Position numbers and translations under genes: made by a program. 64,000 nucleotides of DNA from contig SUYP01000014.1 in NCBI GenBank assembly GCA_015060395.1, forward strand, positions 2,966 to 66,965. The letters are read 5' to 3'. How positions within the stretch are numbered: the first letter of the stretch is position 1; every line of letters starts with the position of its first letter. The notes under the pieces are model-generated. The model ran no database searches. It was not told the DNA's origin and saw only the letters and a program-made list of their open reading frames with translations. Source of the DNA: Bacteroidales bacterium. Lineage in GTDB: Bacteria; Bacteroidota; Bacteroidia; Bacteroidales; UBA932. Shown one piece after another: positions 40,994 to 51,451 of the stretch.

Positions 40994-42034
40994 ATGGCAA
41001 AAGTAATCACATTCGGCGAGATTATGCTCCGCCTCTCGACTCCTGGATATCTCAGATTTTCTCAGGCAAAGCAGTTTGAAGCCACATTCGGAGGTGGAGA
41101 GGCTAACGTAGCTGTTTCTCTTGCGAACTATGGCATAGAGACTGAATTCGTGACCCGACTTCCGAAGAACGATATAGCGGCAAGCTGCATCAAGGATCTC
41201 CGCAGCTACGGAGTAGGAACCGGACATTGTATTTATGGCGGTGACCGTCTCGGCATCTATTTCCTCGAGACTGGTGCCGTGGCACGCCCGAGCAAGGTAG
41301 TATATGACCGCGCATATTCATCTATAGCCCAGATAGAAAAGGGAATGATAGATTGGGAAAAGGTGTTCGAGGGTGCAGACTGGTTCCATTGGACTGGCAT
41401 CACTCCTGCAATCAGCCAGGGTGCGGCAGACGTATGCCTTGAGGCGATTCAGGCGGCTAACAGGCTCGGAATCACTGTTTCCTGCGACCTCAATTACAGG
41501 AAGAACCTGTGGAAATATGGCAAGACTGCTTCGGAGGTTATGCCTGATCTGGTGGCAGGATGCGACGTGATTCTCGGCAATGAGGAAGATGCGGAAAAAG
41601 TGTTCGGAATCAAGCCTGAAGGCTTTGACGTGACAGCAACAAAGGGAGAAGTCAATGCGGCTGAATTCGAAAGCGTATGCAAGCAGCTTATGGCAAGGTT
41701 CCCTCGTGCAAAGAAGGTGATCATCACCCTCCGAGGCTCGATCAATGCAAATCACAACACCTGGGGAGGAGTCCTGTACAGCGACGGAACTCTTTATCAA
41801 TCACCGAGATATGATATAACTCACATCGTTGACCGCGTCGGCGGAGGTGACTCGTTTATGGGCGGTCTCATCTATGGACTTCTCACTTATACCGGTGATG
41901 ACCAGAAGGCTTTGAATTTTGCAGTGGCGGCTTCCTGCCTCAAGCATACGATTTTCGGAGATTTCAACCAGGTGACGGTTGCCGAGGTGGAGAACCTTAT
42001 GAAGGGAGACGGATCAGGACGTGTATCAAGATAG
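40994..42034 (+). CDS. kdgK: 2-dehydro-3-deoxygluconokinase (PfkB)
   Basis: [16 protein letters not shown] and DRVGGGDSF motifs. Confidence 0.92.
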   Translation: MAKVITFGEIMLRLSTPGYLRFSQAKQFEATFGGGEANVAVSLANYGIETEFVTRLPKNDIAASCIKDLRSYGVGTGHCIYGGDRLGIYFLETGAVARPSKVVYDRAYSSIAQIEKGMIDWEKVFEGADWFHWTGITPAISQGAADVCLEAIQAANRLGITVSCDLNYRKNLWKYGKTASEVMPDLVAGCDVILGNEEDAEKVFGIKPEGFDVTATKGEVNAAEFESVCKQLMARFPRAKKVIITLRGSINANHNTWGGVLYSDGTLYQSPRYDITHIVDRVGGGDSFMGGLIYGLLTYTGDDQKALNFAVAASCLKHTIFGDFNQVTVAEVENLMKGDGSGRVSR

Positions 42035-42038
42035 GATT

Positions 42039-42704
42039 ATGGCAAAGTACAATAAATTACAGGTAATTGCGGCGATGAAGGAGACAGGTATGGTTCCAGT
42101 GTTCTATCACGCCGATCTCGAGACTGCAAAGTCTGTTCTCAAGGCTTGCTACGAAGGTGGCGTGAGAGCCTTCGAATTTACAAACCGAGGCGATTTCGCT
42201 CACGAGGTATTCGGGGAGCTTGTGAAATATGCCAACAAGGAACTTCCCGGAATGATTCTCGGCATCGGTTCTGTTGTGGATCCTGCCACAGCTGCTCTCT
42301 ATCTTCAGCTTGGTGCCAATTTCGTCGTGGGTCCTCTCTTCAACCCGGAGATCGCTCCGATCTGCAACCGCCGTCTTGTGCCGTATTGCCCGGGATGCGG
42401 AACCGTATCAGAGGTCGGCAAGGCACAGGAACTCGGCTGCGACCTCTGCAAGGTCTTCCCTGGAGATGTTCTCGGCCCTGCTTTTGTGAAGGGACTGAAG
42501 GCTCCGATGCCTTGGAGCCAGATAATGGTGACCGGAGGAGTGAAGCCGACACGAGAGAATCTCGAGGGATGGTTCAAGGCTGGCGTGACCTGCGTGGGTA
42601 TGGGCAGCAACCTCTTCCCGAAGGAAGCTGTCGCTTCCAAAGACTGGGCTGCAGTCACCAGACTCTGCAAAGACGCGTTGGATATAATAAAAGAAGTGAG
42701 ATAA
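42039..42704 (+). CDS. eda: KDPG/KHG aldolase
   Basis: EFTNRG, GSVVD, KVFPG and TGGV motifs. Confidence 0.92.
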   Translation: MAKYNKLQVIAAMKETGMVPVFYHADLETAKSVLKACYEGGVRAFEFTNRGDFAHEVFGELVKYANKELPGMILGIGSVVDPATAALYLQLGANFVVGPLFNPEIAPICNRRLVPYCPGCGTVSEVGKAQELGCDLCKVFPGDVLGPAFVKGLKAPMPWSQIMVTGGVKPTRENLEGWFKAGVTCVGMGSNLFPKEAVASKDWAAVTRLCKDALDIIKEVR

Positions 42705-42755
42705 TCTTACGAGCATAGATTTTGAAGTGACATCCATACGGAAAATGATTCTGGT

Positions 42756-43667
42756 ATGGATGTCGTTTTTTATACTTTGAAGTCCATTCTTGATGGTCTG
42801 GACATCAGTGTGGTGAAGGTGATTCCGGATGGAAGGCCGGTGGCTGTGCTGCAGCTTGCACACGGAATGTGCGGAAGCAAGGAGAGATTCCTGCCTTTTA
42901 TGAAATATATGGCAGGAATGGGAGTGGCGTGTTATGCCAATGATCATAGAGGCCACGGGCAGAGCGTCAGGACAGAAGAGGATCTGGGATATATGTATGG
43001 GGCAGGAGAGAAGGGTATCGTGGATGATATGAAGCTTCTCTCCGGTCATATAAAAGAGGAATATGAAGGTATTCCTCTGTTCCTTCTCGGTCATAGTATG
43101 GGCTCGATGGCTGTCCGGGCCTATCTGAAGAAATATCAGGAGATGATTGACGGCGTGATCCTTTGCGGAAGTCCGGGCTACAGTCCGGCAGCTCCTCTGG
43201 GATATGCCTTTTCATCATTTCTATGCAGTTGCGGCCTTGGAAGAAAACGCGCAGCAATCATACAGAATCATACTTCAAGGATGTATAACCGGCCTTTTGC
43301 ATCAGAAGGACATCAGGCCTGGACCTGTTCCGACCCGGCTGTGCGTAAGTCATTTGCTGGGAATCCCCGTCATAATTTCATAATGACCTTCGATGGTTCG
43401 AAGGCTTTGCTCGGGCTGATGCTGCAGGCTTATTCATCCGAAAGAGGCCGGAAGGCTGATGATGGGCTGCATATATTGTTCTTGTCCGGAGAAGATGATC
43501 CTTGTATGGGAGGAGCTGCCGGACTGGACAAAGCCGTGGCTGTTATGCACGAGTCCGGCTACAGACGCATATCTGTAAAAATATATCCCGCTATGCGTCA
43601 CGAGGTCCTCAATGAGATCGGAAAGGAACGCGTATGGCGGGATATTGCTGATTTTATGGGACTGTGA
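42756..43667 (+). CDS. Alpha/beta hydrolase (lysophospholipase-like)
   Basis: HGM, DHRGHG, GHSMG nucleophile and RHEVLNE motifs. Confidence 0.82.
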   Translation: MDVVFYTLKSILDGLDISVVKVIPDGRPVAVLQLAHGMCGSKERFLPFMKYMAGMGVACYANDHRGHGQSVRTEEDLGYMYGAGEKGIVDDMKLLSGHIKEEYEGIPLFLLGHSMGSMAVRAYLKKYQEMIDGVILCGSPGYSPAAPLGYAFSSFLCSCGLGRKRAAIIQNHTSRMYNRPFASEGHQAWTCSDPAVRKSFAGNPRHNFIMTFDGSKALLGLMLQAYSSERGRKADDGLHILFLSGEDDPCMGGAAGLDKAVAVMHESGYRRISVKIYPAMRHEVLNEIGKERVWRDIADFMGL

Positions 43668-43668
43668 C

Positions 43669-44991
43669 CTATTTGCAGACCATAATGTCGAGAATCATAT
43701 TGTCGGTGTTCTGCATACCTACGGAACCTATTCTTCCAAGATTCCTGATAGTCTTTTCGATATCTTTTTCGATGATGCCGTCGTGCTCGGATATGCATAT
43801 ACCCTCGCGGGCAAGGACGGCTGACTGCAAGGCGCTGGATACTCCGGATGCTACTTTCATCGCACAGCCGACCTTGGCTCCGTCACAGACCATTCCGGTT
43901 ATGTTTCCTATCATATTCTTGATGGCCGCACAGATCTGCTCATAGTCTCCTCCTCGGAGATATACAAGTCCGCAGGCAGAGCCGGTAGAAGCTATCACGC
44001 AGCCGCAAAGGGCGGAAAGTTTCCCAAGATATCCCTTGATATGAATGGCGATCAGGTGGCTCAGCACGAGGGCTCTGGCCAGCTTCTCATCATCTGTTCC
44101 ATATCTGATCGCGTATGCTATTATCGGCATCGTTACGGTAATTCCCTGATTTCCGCTGCCGGAGTTGCTCATAGCCGCAAGGGTGCAGCCGGCCATACGT
44201 GCATCGGAGGCCGCTGCAGTAAGAGACATCGCATAGCACAGGAAGTCGCCTCCGAAAACTTCCTTGTTCTCTTCAAGACTTATGGCATAGCCTACCTTCA
44301 GGCCATATCCTCCTTTCAGTCCCTCCTTGGCGAGTGCCAGATTGAGGGTGCGTGATTCCAGAATGAATCCGATGTCCTCGAATGCCACATTCTCTGTAAA
44401 TTCCAGAATCTCCTTGACAGTAAGGCCGTAGTCCAGAGTGTGCTTCTGGTCAGGAGTCTCCTTGCCCTCCTGCTTTTTTGCAGCAGAGAGGATGGTTCCG
44501 TCAAGGCTGGTCTCGACTATGCTGTCGTGATTGTCCTCTATGACGGTATATGCGGTGTGGCCGTCCTTGCATTCGATGATCGCCTTGACATAAAGCTTGT
44601 GGTCGGTCTCTGCCAGACCTACAGTCACGGATTTGTCCAGGACGAGTTGCTTCGCCCTTTCGATAGATGCTTCGTCAAGGTCGTTCAGCACTTCCAGACC
44701 GTATTCCGATCTGCCGCATACCGCTCCGAGTGCGGCAGCAATGTGCAGACCTACCATTCCGGTGCCCGGGATGCCTACACCCATTCCGTTCTTGAGGATA
44801 TTGCCGCTGACTTCTATCCTGAGAGTGAAGCCGTCCTGCATCCTCCAGTGCGGAGCCAGTGCACAATTGTCTTCTATGATCTCCATTGCCTTTGCAACGG
44901 CAAGAGCGACGGCAATCGGTTCGGTACATCCGAGAGCCGGCTTGACTTCTTTTCGGATCAGTTCTATGATCTCTGCTTCACGTGCGGTCAT
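43669..44991 (-). CDS. L-cysteine desulfidase (YhaM/CyuA family)
   Basis: ALGCTEP, SGSGNQG, LSALCGC and GMVCDGAKVGCAMK motifs. Confidence 0.85.
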   Translation of the reverse strand: MTAREAEIIELIRKEVKPALGCTEPIAVALAVAKAMEIIEDNCALAPHWRMQDGFTLRIEVSGNILKNGMGVGIPGTGMVGLHIAAALGAVCGRSEYGLEVLNDLDEASIERAKQLVLDKSVTVGLAETDHKLYVKAIIECKDGHTAYTVIEDNHDSIVETSLDGTILSAAKKQEGKETPDQKHTLDYGLTVKEILEFTENVAFEDIGFILESRTLNLALAKEGLKGGYGLKVGYAISLEENKEVFGGDFLCYAMSLTAAASDARMAGCTLAAMSNSGSGNQGITVTMPIIAYAIRYGTDDEKLARALVLSHLIAIHIKGYLGKLSALCGCVIASTGSACGLVYLRGGDYEQICAAIKNMIGNITGMVCDGAKVGCAMKVASGVSSALQSAVLAREGICISEHDGIIEKDIEKTIRNLGRIGSVGMQNTDNMILDIMVCK

Positions 44992-47900
44992 TTGCTGAAA
45001 AAGTCTAAGGTTGTCTTTATTATGCTTTCAATGTCATTCTCTTTCTTGAGGGTTTCCAGCGGGAATCCTATGCATACAGTCCTGTATCCCTTCCCTTCAA
45101 AGCATACTCCGGCGGAAATGTCAGTGTCAGCATATCTGATGAATGTGCTGCCGGTCTTGCCTGAAGCCGGAGTGATTCCGTCCGGCGTTTCCACACTGTA
45201 GCATTCCTCGTTTATCGTGTTATAGAAGCTGAAGGCTTTTCCTTTTCTGGTGCCGATCCTGCTGCTCTTCACTAATCTCGCACTGCCGTCCCTGCTTCCG
45301 AAATTCCTGACCCATCTGTATCCGAGCACATCACGGGCGAATGTCTTTGAATCAGCTCTGAAAGCACTGTCGAGCTGTACCGGATATACGGCATCCCATA
45401 CGTCAGTGGCTATATGTGCTCCGCTTATCAGGATGTTGCCGCCTTCAGAGGTGTATGCCCTTATTGCATTCTGCATATCCTGACTGTAAACGGTGAATTT
45501 CAAGTTTTTCCCGACAGCTGTGGTCACCTGCTTGCCGCAGATGATATCGGTGCTCCAGGCCTTCTTTCGGAATGTCGTGTCGCTGATGAAGGCTTCGTTG
45601 CTGCAGGAGAAGAACGGGAATCCGGCCTTGAGGATGGCTTTCCCGTGGGTGTATGGATAGTCGAATGTGTTTCCTGCAACTGTTTTTCCTGCATAATAGT
45701 CGAACGATGCTCCGAATCCTGGATTGTCATTCGTTATGAATTCGGAATTCCTTCTGAACTCATACATATCACCGATATATGCGATGTCTCTGATGTGCGG
45801 TACTCCGCTGTCGAGGTCATTCCTGAATCCTGCATATTCCGGCGTATCGATGAATGCAGGACCGCTTACTCTATCGAAGTTGTTGACTATGAGGACTTTC
45901 CTGTCGGTGTCGCCCTTGGCTGGCAGGCCGATGCTCATTGTCTCTGAAGGGAAGCTCAAGCCTCCTTCGTTGTATGCGCAGATGCGGAAGCTGTATATCT
46001 TACCCGGCTTGATGTCAACTTCTGCATACAGGAGTCCGTCCTTGCCTCTGGAAGCTTCGATATGTTTTCCATTGTCGAAACCTCCATCGTCGATGCGGGT
46101 ATAGAGTATGTATCCTGTCGCATCTGCGGTAGGCTCTAATGGATCTGCTGTCTCCTTCCAGCTGATGACCGCTTTGCCGTTGTCTTTGAATGATACTCCC
46201 ATATAACCGACAGGCAGAGGTTGCACGGCATATCTGGTCCCGTATCTGTTGCTCATAAATTTAAGCATACCCTTATAGACCGCACGGCTGACTGTGAATC
46301 TGAAGGCCGGATCCAGTCCATATTTCATATCGCCGAAATTCTGGTGGGAAAGGAGTTCCAGAAGCATCGCAGGGGAGGATGGAGTCCTGGATTCCCTGTA
46401 CGACCTGTCCCAGACGCATCTTCTGCTCCAGTCGGGATTGTCTGAAGCCTTGATGTCGTTCACAATCTGGCTCTGGACCAGGTCGGCGAACTCTCTGCTG
46501 CTCATCCTGCTTTCTCCTCCAGGGAGCTTTTCCGATCCTTCTGACCTGAGGGTGTAAATGGCGAGCGTTCCTACGATAGAGTCGTTCGGAGTTATGCCGG
46601 CATCGGAATGGAATCCGAGGGACAGATCCACGGGAATGCCTTTGCCAGGCTTCTTGGATGGGTTCATATCAGAGCCTCGGCTGATCCATTCAACCCAGTC
46701 TCCGCGTGACATAAAATCGTCCCTGTAGTCATTTGAAAGCTCGTTCTGACTGAAGATTTCGGGGCTGACACCGGCCCATTGAAGCCAGTAGCGGGCACCT
46801 TCGGCCGACCTTGGCATTCCTGATACGGTCGGCCCCTCTTCAGAGTCTTTGCGCGCCCTGGCGATATTTCCCATACCTCCGCCGAAACGTACGGCATCTG
46901 CGGTTACGATACTGCCTTTCTCATATTCATATCCTGATGGAAAGGCATTAGTCAGAGTTACGTAACCGTCTGATCCTTTTGCGAATCCGAATGTTCCAAG
47001 ATATATCCAGGTGCCTCCGCCGATCTTCTGATTGACAATGAAATCGGTCTTGCCGCCGATATGATGCACGGTGTATTGTGCCTTTGAAGTACTTTCCGGT
47101 AATGATTTGTAGGATATATATACGGCATACTCTCCTTTTTCCGGGATTTCGGGTCTCCATATAACCGAAGCCTCGTTCCTGTTCCCTGCCATAATGCAGT
47201 CAGCCTTTCTTGCTGATCCTGTGGTGAATGGATTCTCGATTCCGGTGTAAACGGCTTTCAAGGCCGCAAATCCGGCTCCGGCATCAGTCCATTTTCCGGT
47301 TTCCTTGTAATATGATACGCCATAAGCCTCATCTATGACGTCGAAATCGACGATCACTTCATTCCTCTGGATGTCTCTTTCGCGAGGAAGCAATACGTAT
47401 GCTCCGGCATTTTCAAGCATAGGGACAAGGTAGGGGAGTACGAAGCTTTGGGTGAACATATCTTCGACAGTCTGGAAGAGGCAAGGACGCTGCCATTGCC
47501 ATTTTTCAGCGCCGTAATCGAAATACATACCGTGGCTCTGCCATAGCGCTATGTTCCTGCCGCTCAGACCTTTGCTGAATGTCTGACTCCCTTTCCTGGT
47601 GACCAGCGGATCTGGTCTTGACGGTCGCTGCACAGGCTCTGAGATTGCAGTAGGATTACCGTCGAATCCGAGTTCTGAAGTAACAAGTCTGCCAAGCGGG
47701 ATGGATTTGCTATATACCATTCCGAGCTCATATTCCCTGTATTTGTCCGGGAAAAGCTTCTTCAGCTGCCTGCGGAACCATTCCGGCTCACCCTCGCGCC
47801 AAGGATAGTCTCCCAATGATTCCGTAAAATAGAAATCAAGAGTCTTGCCTCTTTTCATAATGCTCTTGATGCGGAGCTTGCCCTTTACATCGCGGTTCTC

Positions 47901-48017
47901 CTTGATCAGGACGTCTAGTGAATCACACACCGGCTGGAAGTCTTTCAATATGGTCTGGCCGGATGCAGTGAGGACCAGTGAGGCTGTGGCGAATATAGTC
48001 AGTATCAGTCGTTTCAT
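44988..48017 (-). CDS. Large exported protein with a split Amidase_3-like domain, golvesin-like insert and Fn3
   Basis: IALWQSHG...ED, FHSDAG and LLELLSHQN Zn-amidase-like motifs; ADAVRFGGG insert; Fn3 W...Y..Y...YSFRICAYNEGGLS. Confidence 0.65.
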   Translation of the reverse strand: MKRLILTIFATASLVLTASGQTILKDFQPVCDSLDVLIKENRDVKGKLRIKSIMKRGKTLDFYFTESLGDYPWREGEPEWFRRQLKKLFPDKYREYELGMVYSKSIPLGRLVTSELGFDGNPTAISEPVQRPSRPDPLVTRKGSQTFSKGLSGRNIALWQSHGMYFDYGAEKWQWQRPCLFQTVEDMFTQSFVLPYLVPMLENAGAYVLLPRERDIQRNEVIVDFDVIDEAYGVSYYKETGKWTDAGAGFAALKAVYTGIENPFTTGSARKADCIMAGNRNEASVIWRPEIPEKGEYAVYISYKSLPESTSKAQYTVHHIGGKTDFIVNQKIGGGTWIYLGTFGFAKGSDGYVTLTNAFPSGYEYEKGSIVTADAVRFGGGMGNIARARKDSEEGPTVSGMPRSAEGARYWLQWAGVSPEIFSQNELSNDYRDDFMSRGDWVEWISRGSDMNPSKKPGKGIPVDLSLGFHSDAGITPNDSIVGTLAIYTLRSEGSEKLPGGESRMSSREFADLVQSQIVNDIKASDNPDWSRRCVWDRSYRESRTPSSPAMLLELLSHQNFGDMKYGLDPAFRFTVSRAVYKGMLKFMSNRYGTRYAVQPLPVGYMGVSFKDNGKAVISWKETADPLEPTADATGYILYTRIDDGGFDNGKHIEASRGKDGLLYAEVDIKPGKIYSFRICAYNEGGLSFPSETMSIGLPAKGDTDRKVLIVNNFDRVSGPAFIDTPEYAGFRNDLDSGVPHIRDIAYIGDMYEFRRNSEFITNDNPGFGASFDYYAGKTVAGNTFDYPYTHGKAILKAGFPFFSCSNEAFISDTTFRKKAWSTDIICGKQVTTAVGKNLKFTVYSQDMQNAIRAYTSEGGNILISGAHIATDVWDAVYPVQLDSAFRADSKTFARDVLGYRWVRNFGSRDGSARLVKSSRIGTRKGKAFSFYNTINEECYSVETPDGITPASGKTGSTFIRYADTDISAGVCFEGKGYRTVCIGFPLETLKKENDIESIIKTTLDFFSK

Positions 48018-48018
48018 T

Positions 48019-48423
48019 CTAGTTCTTTCTGTCTTTTCTGAAAATGATGCAGAGCGCTGTCAGAAATGTCGAGCATTCCATCCCTAAGATGTCTGCATAG
48101 AAATCCTCTATTTCGTAGGAACGGTATTCCGACAGGCCCTGGAGCTGCTCCGTGCCCATAGCCAGGCCTATTCCTGTGGCGAATACAGCAAACAGGACCA
48201 TCAGGTGGAGCCATTTTCTGGTGTCGTATGGTCTGAAGGTTATATATGCGATTGCAGGATATGGAAAGAACATAAGGAAATGTGCTACCTTGTCCATAGG
48301 TATTCCCCACAGATCCCTGTTGATTTCCGGAATCGCTTCCGGTCTCATCAGGCACAAGGCCATCACTGCCGCAAAATAGAGGCAGAGTACGATTATCCAT
48401 ATATATCTACTCTTGAACTTCAT
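48019..48423 (-). CDS. VanZ-family membrane protein
   Basis: DKVAHFLMF and EQLQ...R...D..AD motifs. Confidence 0.8.
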   Translation of the reverse strand: MKFKSRYIWIIVLCLYFAAVMALCLMRPEAIPEINRDLWGIPMDKVAHFLMFFPYPAIAYITFRPYDTRKWLHLMVLFAVFATGIGLAMGTEQLQGLSEYRSYEIEDFYADILGMECSTFLTALCIIFRKDRKN

Positions 48424-50252
48424 CAGAGAGCCTGCATATCATTCAGTTTCTTGTAATAGCCGTCCAGAGCGATAAGCTCTTCGTGCTTTCCTCTTTCAAC
48501 GATCCTGCCTTCGTGCATCACGCAGATCTCATCAGCGTTTCTGATCGTGGAAAGCCTGTGCGCGATGGCTATCGTAGTTCTGGAAGATGTGAGTCTGTCC
48601 AGAGCTTCCTGCACTATCTTCTCCGACTCGGTGTCAAGAGCCGAGGTGGCTTCGTCAAGGATGAGGACAGGAGGGTTCTTCAGGATGGCTCGGGCAATGC
48701 TGATCCTTTGCCTCTGGCCTCCGGACAGCTTGCTTCCTCGGTCACCGATATTTGTCTGGTAGCCTTCTTCCTTTTCCATTATGAAGTCGTGGGCGTTGGC
48801 CACCTTTGCAGCTGCTACAACCTGCTCCATAGTCGCACCTTCCACTCCGAAGGCGATGTTGTTGAATATCGTGTCGTTGAACAGGATGGCTTCCTGATTG
48901 ACATTTCCGATCAGACTTCTGAGATCCTTTACCTTGAAGCTGCGGATGTCCTTTCCGTCAAGGGTTATGCAGCCTTCTGACGCATCATAGTATCGCGGAA
49001 TGAGATCTACCAGCGTCGATTTTCCGGATCCGGACTGTCCGACCAAGGCGACGGTCTTTCCCTTTGGAATCGTGATGTCGATGTCTTTGAGCACTTCCTT
49101 TCCTTCTTCATAGCTGAACGAAACTCCCTGGAAACGTATGCTTTCCTTGAATCCGTCGAGCTTCTCTGGTGACGCCGGCTCCTTGATGTCGTTGACGGCA
49201 TTCATTATCGTATCTACTCGTTCCATTGATGCCAGACCCTTAGGGATATTGTAGCTGGCTTTCGAGAATTCCTTCAGAGGAGCAAGGACGCTGTAAAGGA
49301 TCGTCATATAGAATATGAACGTAGGGGCGTCGATAGGGGCTTTGTCACTGAGGATCAGAGTGCCGCCGAACCAGAGGACGATCATTATCATAATGGATCC
49401 CAGAAGCTCGCTGACAGGGTGTGCCGAGGCTTGCCTTAACGCTACCTTGCCTGAAGCTCTCTTGTATTCATCTGCAGTGTTTCCGAAGCGTTCCTTCATC
49501 TTGTCTTCCGCAATGAATGCCTTTATGACGCGCAGGCCTCCTAAGGTCTCGTCAAGCTGGGCCATTGTCTCGCTCCATTTGCCCTGGGCTTCGAGAGACT
49601 GCCTCTTGAGCTTCTTTCCTATGGCGCTCATACCCCAGGCCATAGCGGGCACTACAGTGACCGTGAACAGGGTAAGCTCCCAGCTCAGATAGATCAGTGC
49701 CGAGAAATAACAGATGATCAGGATAGGATTCTTGATCAGCATATCGAGGGAACTTATGATGGATACCTCGATTTCCGTCACGTCACCGCTCATCCTGGCG
49801 ATGATGTCTCCCTTCTTCTGCTTCGAGAAAAAGCCCATCGGAAGGCTCAGGAGCTTGTTATAGACCATTACCCTGATGTCCCGTACGATACCTGTCCTGA
49901 GAGGAATCATAACCGCAGAAGATGCGAAGTAGCATCCTGTCTTGAGGACGGTCATAAGGCCGAATACCACTCCCAGGATCAGAAGGGTGGCGGAACCTCC
50001 CCATTTGTCGATCAGTTCGCTGACGTACCAGTAGAAGTTGTTCATCAGCTGCTCCTTGCTCGGCATACCGTCCCAAGGAATGAATTCATAGACATTGCTG
50101 TCCATCTTGAACAGTATGTTCAATATAGGGATGAGCAGGGCGAATGAGAAAATGTTGAATACCGCAGAGAACAGGTTCAGGACTACCGAACCTGCGAGAT
50201 ATTTCTTATATGGAGCGGCAAAGCGCTTGAGAACCTTCCAGAATGCTTTCAT
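48423..50252 (-). CDS. MsbA-like ABC exporter (TMD + NBD)
   Basis: GQSGSGKST, LSGGQRQR, ILDEATSALD and IAHRLST motifs. Confidence 0.9.
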   Translation of the reverse strand: MKAFWKVLKRFAAPYKKYLAGSVVLNLFSAVFNIFSFALLIPILNILFKMDSNVYEFIPWDGMPSKEQLMNNFYWYVSELIDKWGGSATLLILGVVFGLMTVLKTGCYFASSAVMIPLRTGIVRDIRVMVYNKLLSLPMGFFSKQKKGDIIARMSGDVTEIEVSIISSLDMLIKNPILIICYFSALIYLSWELTLFTVTVVPAMAWGMSAIGKKLKRQSLEAQGKWSETMAQLDETLGGLRVIKAFIAEDKMKERFGNTADEYKRASGKVALRQASAHPVSELLGSIMIMIVLWFGGTLILSDKAPIDAPTFIFYMTILYSVLAPLKEFSKASYNIPKGLASMERVDTIMNAVNDIKEPASPEKLDGFKESIRFQGVSFSYEEGKEVLKDIDITIPKGKTVALVGQSGSGKSTLVDLIPRYYDASEGCITLDGKDIRSFKVKDLRSLIGNVNQEAILFNDTIFNNIAFGVEGATMEQVVAAAKVANAHDFIMEKEEGYQTNIGDRGSKLSGGQRQRISIARAILKNPPVLILDEATSALDTESEKIVQEALDRLTSSRTTIAIAHRLSTIRNADEICVMHEGRIVERGKHEELIALDGYYKKLNDMQAL

Positions 50253-50323
50253 TTTCAGATAGTTTGTTGCAAGGCGCATTTCGTACCTGTGCGCAAACTA
50301 CAAATATAGCAATAATTTTTGTT

Positions 50324-51346
50324 TTAAAGCATCTTCTCGATCCAATGGTAAATCAGATATACCCTTTTGAGCAGTACTTCCATATTCAAGGTGTCTGCCG
50401 TGTCCTTCGGCTTGTTGTTGTTCATCGTTATGCCGGAGGTGAACATCACCGCAGGTATCCTGTTGTCGGCGAATATCCTCTGGTCTGACAGCCTGTAGAA
50501 AAGTTTGGTGAAGTTCTCGCTGCCGTAGTATGTGAAGCCGAGGTCCATCCCCAGCTCGTATGATTCATTGCAGACGGTCAGCATATCGTTGTATGCCCTT
50601 TTGATATTGGGATTTCCGAGCATAATGATATAATCCTCACGACCTTCGTTGAGAGGGGAGAGTGTGCTGCCTATCTGGTCGATGTTCACCATAAAGGCGA
50701 TCTTGTCCTTTGTGATCTTCTTCCCGTTGACCGGGTCTGTCAGCTCTCCTGCCGAAATCATATCCCACAGGCTCTGCGAGCCGGCCATATTCATTTCCTT
50801 GCCGTCAAACGCCACGAAGATTATGTTGCTGCTGAAGGATCTTCCGATCGACCGTGTGGTTGCAAGCATATCGGCGACCGCCGTCATCGCGGCCACTCCT
50901 GAAGCATTCGCATCGGCTCCCGGGAAGAGTCTTCCGTTCACTGTGCCCAGATGGTCGTAATGGGCTCCTACTATCACGTAGCTGTCGGGATGGGTCTTGG
51001 CGGACCCTGGAAGGAAACCTACTATGTTGTGTCCCGGAGTTCCGTTTTCCGTGACTACGCGTTTGCTCCAGCTGTCATTTATCTTCATAAGGCCGGTGCC
51101 TGCAAACTTCCTTGCCACCCAGAATGCAGCTTCCGCACTTCCTCTGGTGCCGGTGGCCCTTCCTCCGCACAATGAGTCGGACAGGAATGACACTTCACGT
51201 CCCAGCTGCTCCTGTGTGATTCTGTTTCTGGCAGGCCTGTGCATTGTAAGTCTGGAACTTTGGGCATCTGCGGCAAGACAGAATAATAGTGCTGTCACCG
51301 AGAAAGTGAATGAAATGATATATTTTTTTATGTTTTTTGTCTGCAT
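50324..51346 (-). CDS. M28 peptidase-fold exported protein with a degenerate active site
   Basis: GRATGT, GAHYDH and GADANASG motifs; EE and YH motifs altered. Confidence 0.8.
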   Translation of the reverse strand: MQTKNIKKYIISFTFSVTALLFCLAADAQSSRLTMHRPARNRITQEQLGREVSFLSDSLCGGRATGTRGSAEAAFWVARKFAGTGLMKINDSWSKRVVTENGTPGHNIVGFLPGSAKTHPDSYVIVGAHYDHLGTVNGRLFPGADANASGVAAMTAVADMLATTRSIGRSFSSNIIFVAFDGKEMNMAGSQSLWDMISAGELTDPVNGKKITKDKIAFMVNIDQIGSTLSPLNEGREDYIIMLGNPNIKRAYNDMLTVCNESYELGMDLGFTYYGSENFTKLFYRLSDQRIFADNRIPAVMFTSGITMNNNKPKDTADTLNMEVLLKRVYLIYHWIEKML

Positions 51347-51451
51347 CCGCGCGATAAATGACTATATTTGTAAATTGGCTTGAAAGGGCATTATGTATTT
51401 GAGCCGCCAAAATTAGGAAAAAACAATAACAACGGAAAATTTTTTGTCGAT

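Noticed and set aside
40226-41227. 333-aa antisense ORF, and similar ones at 6284-7276, 2435-3238, 55833-56645 and 61100-61888
   Set aside because: Shadow frames opposite well-supported genes, with no recognisable motifs
48019-48423. VanZ as a glycopeptide resistance locus
   Set aside because: Widespread family, and no vanHAX/RS genes are present
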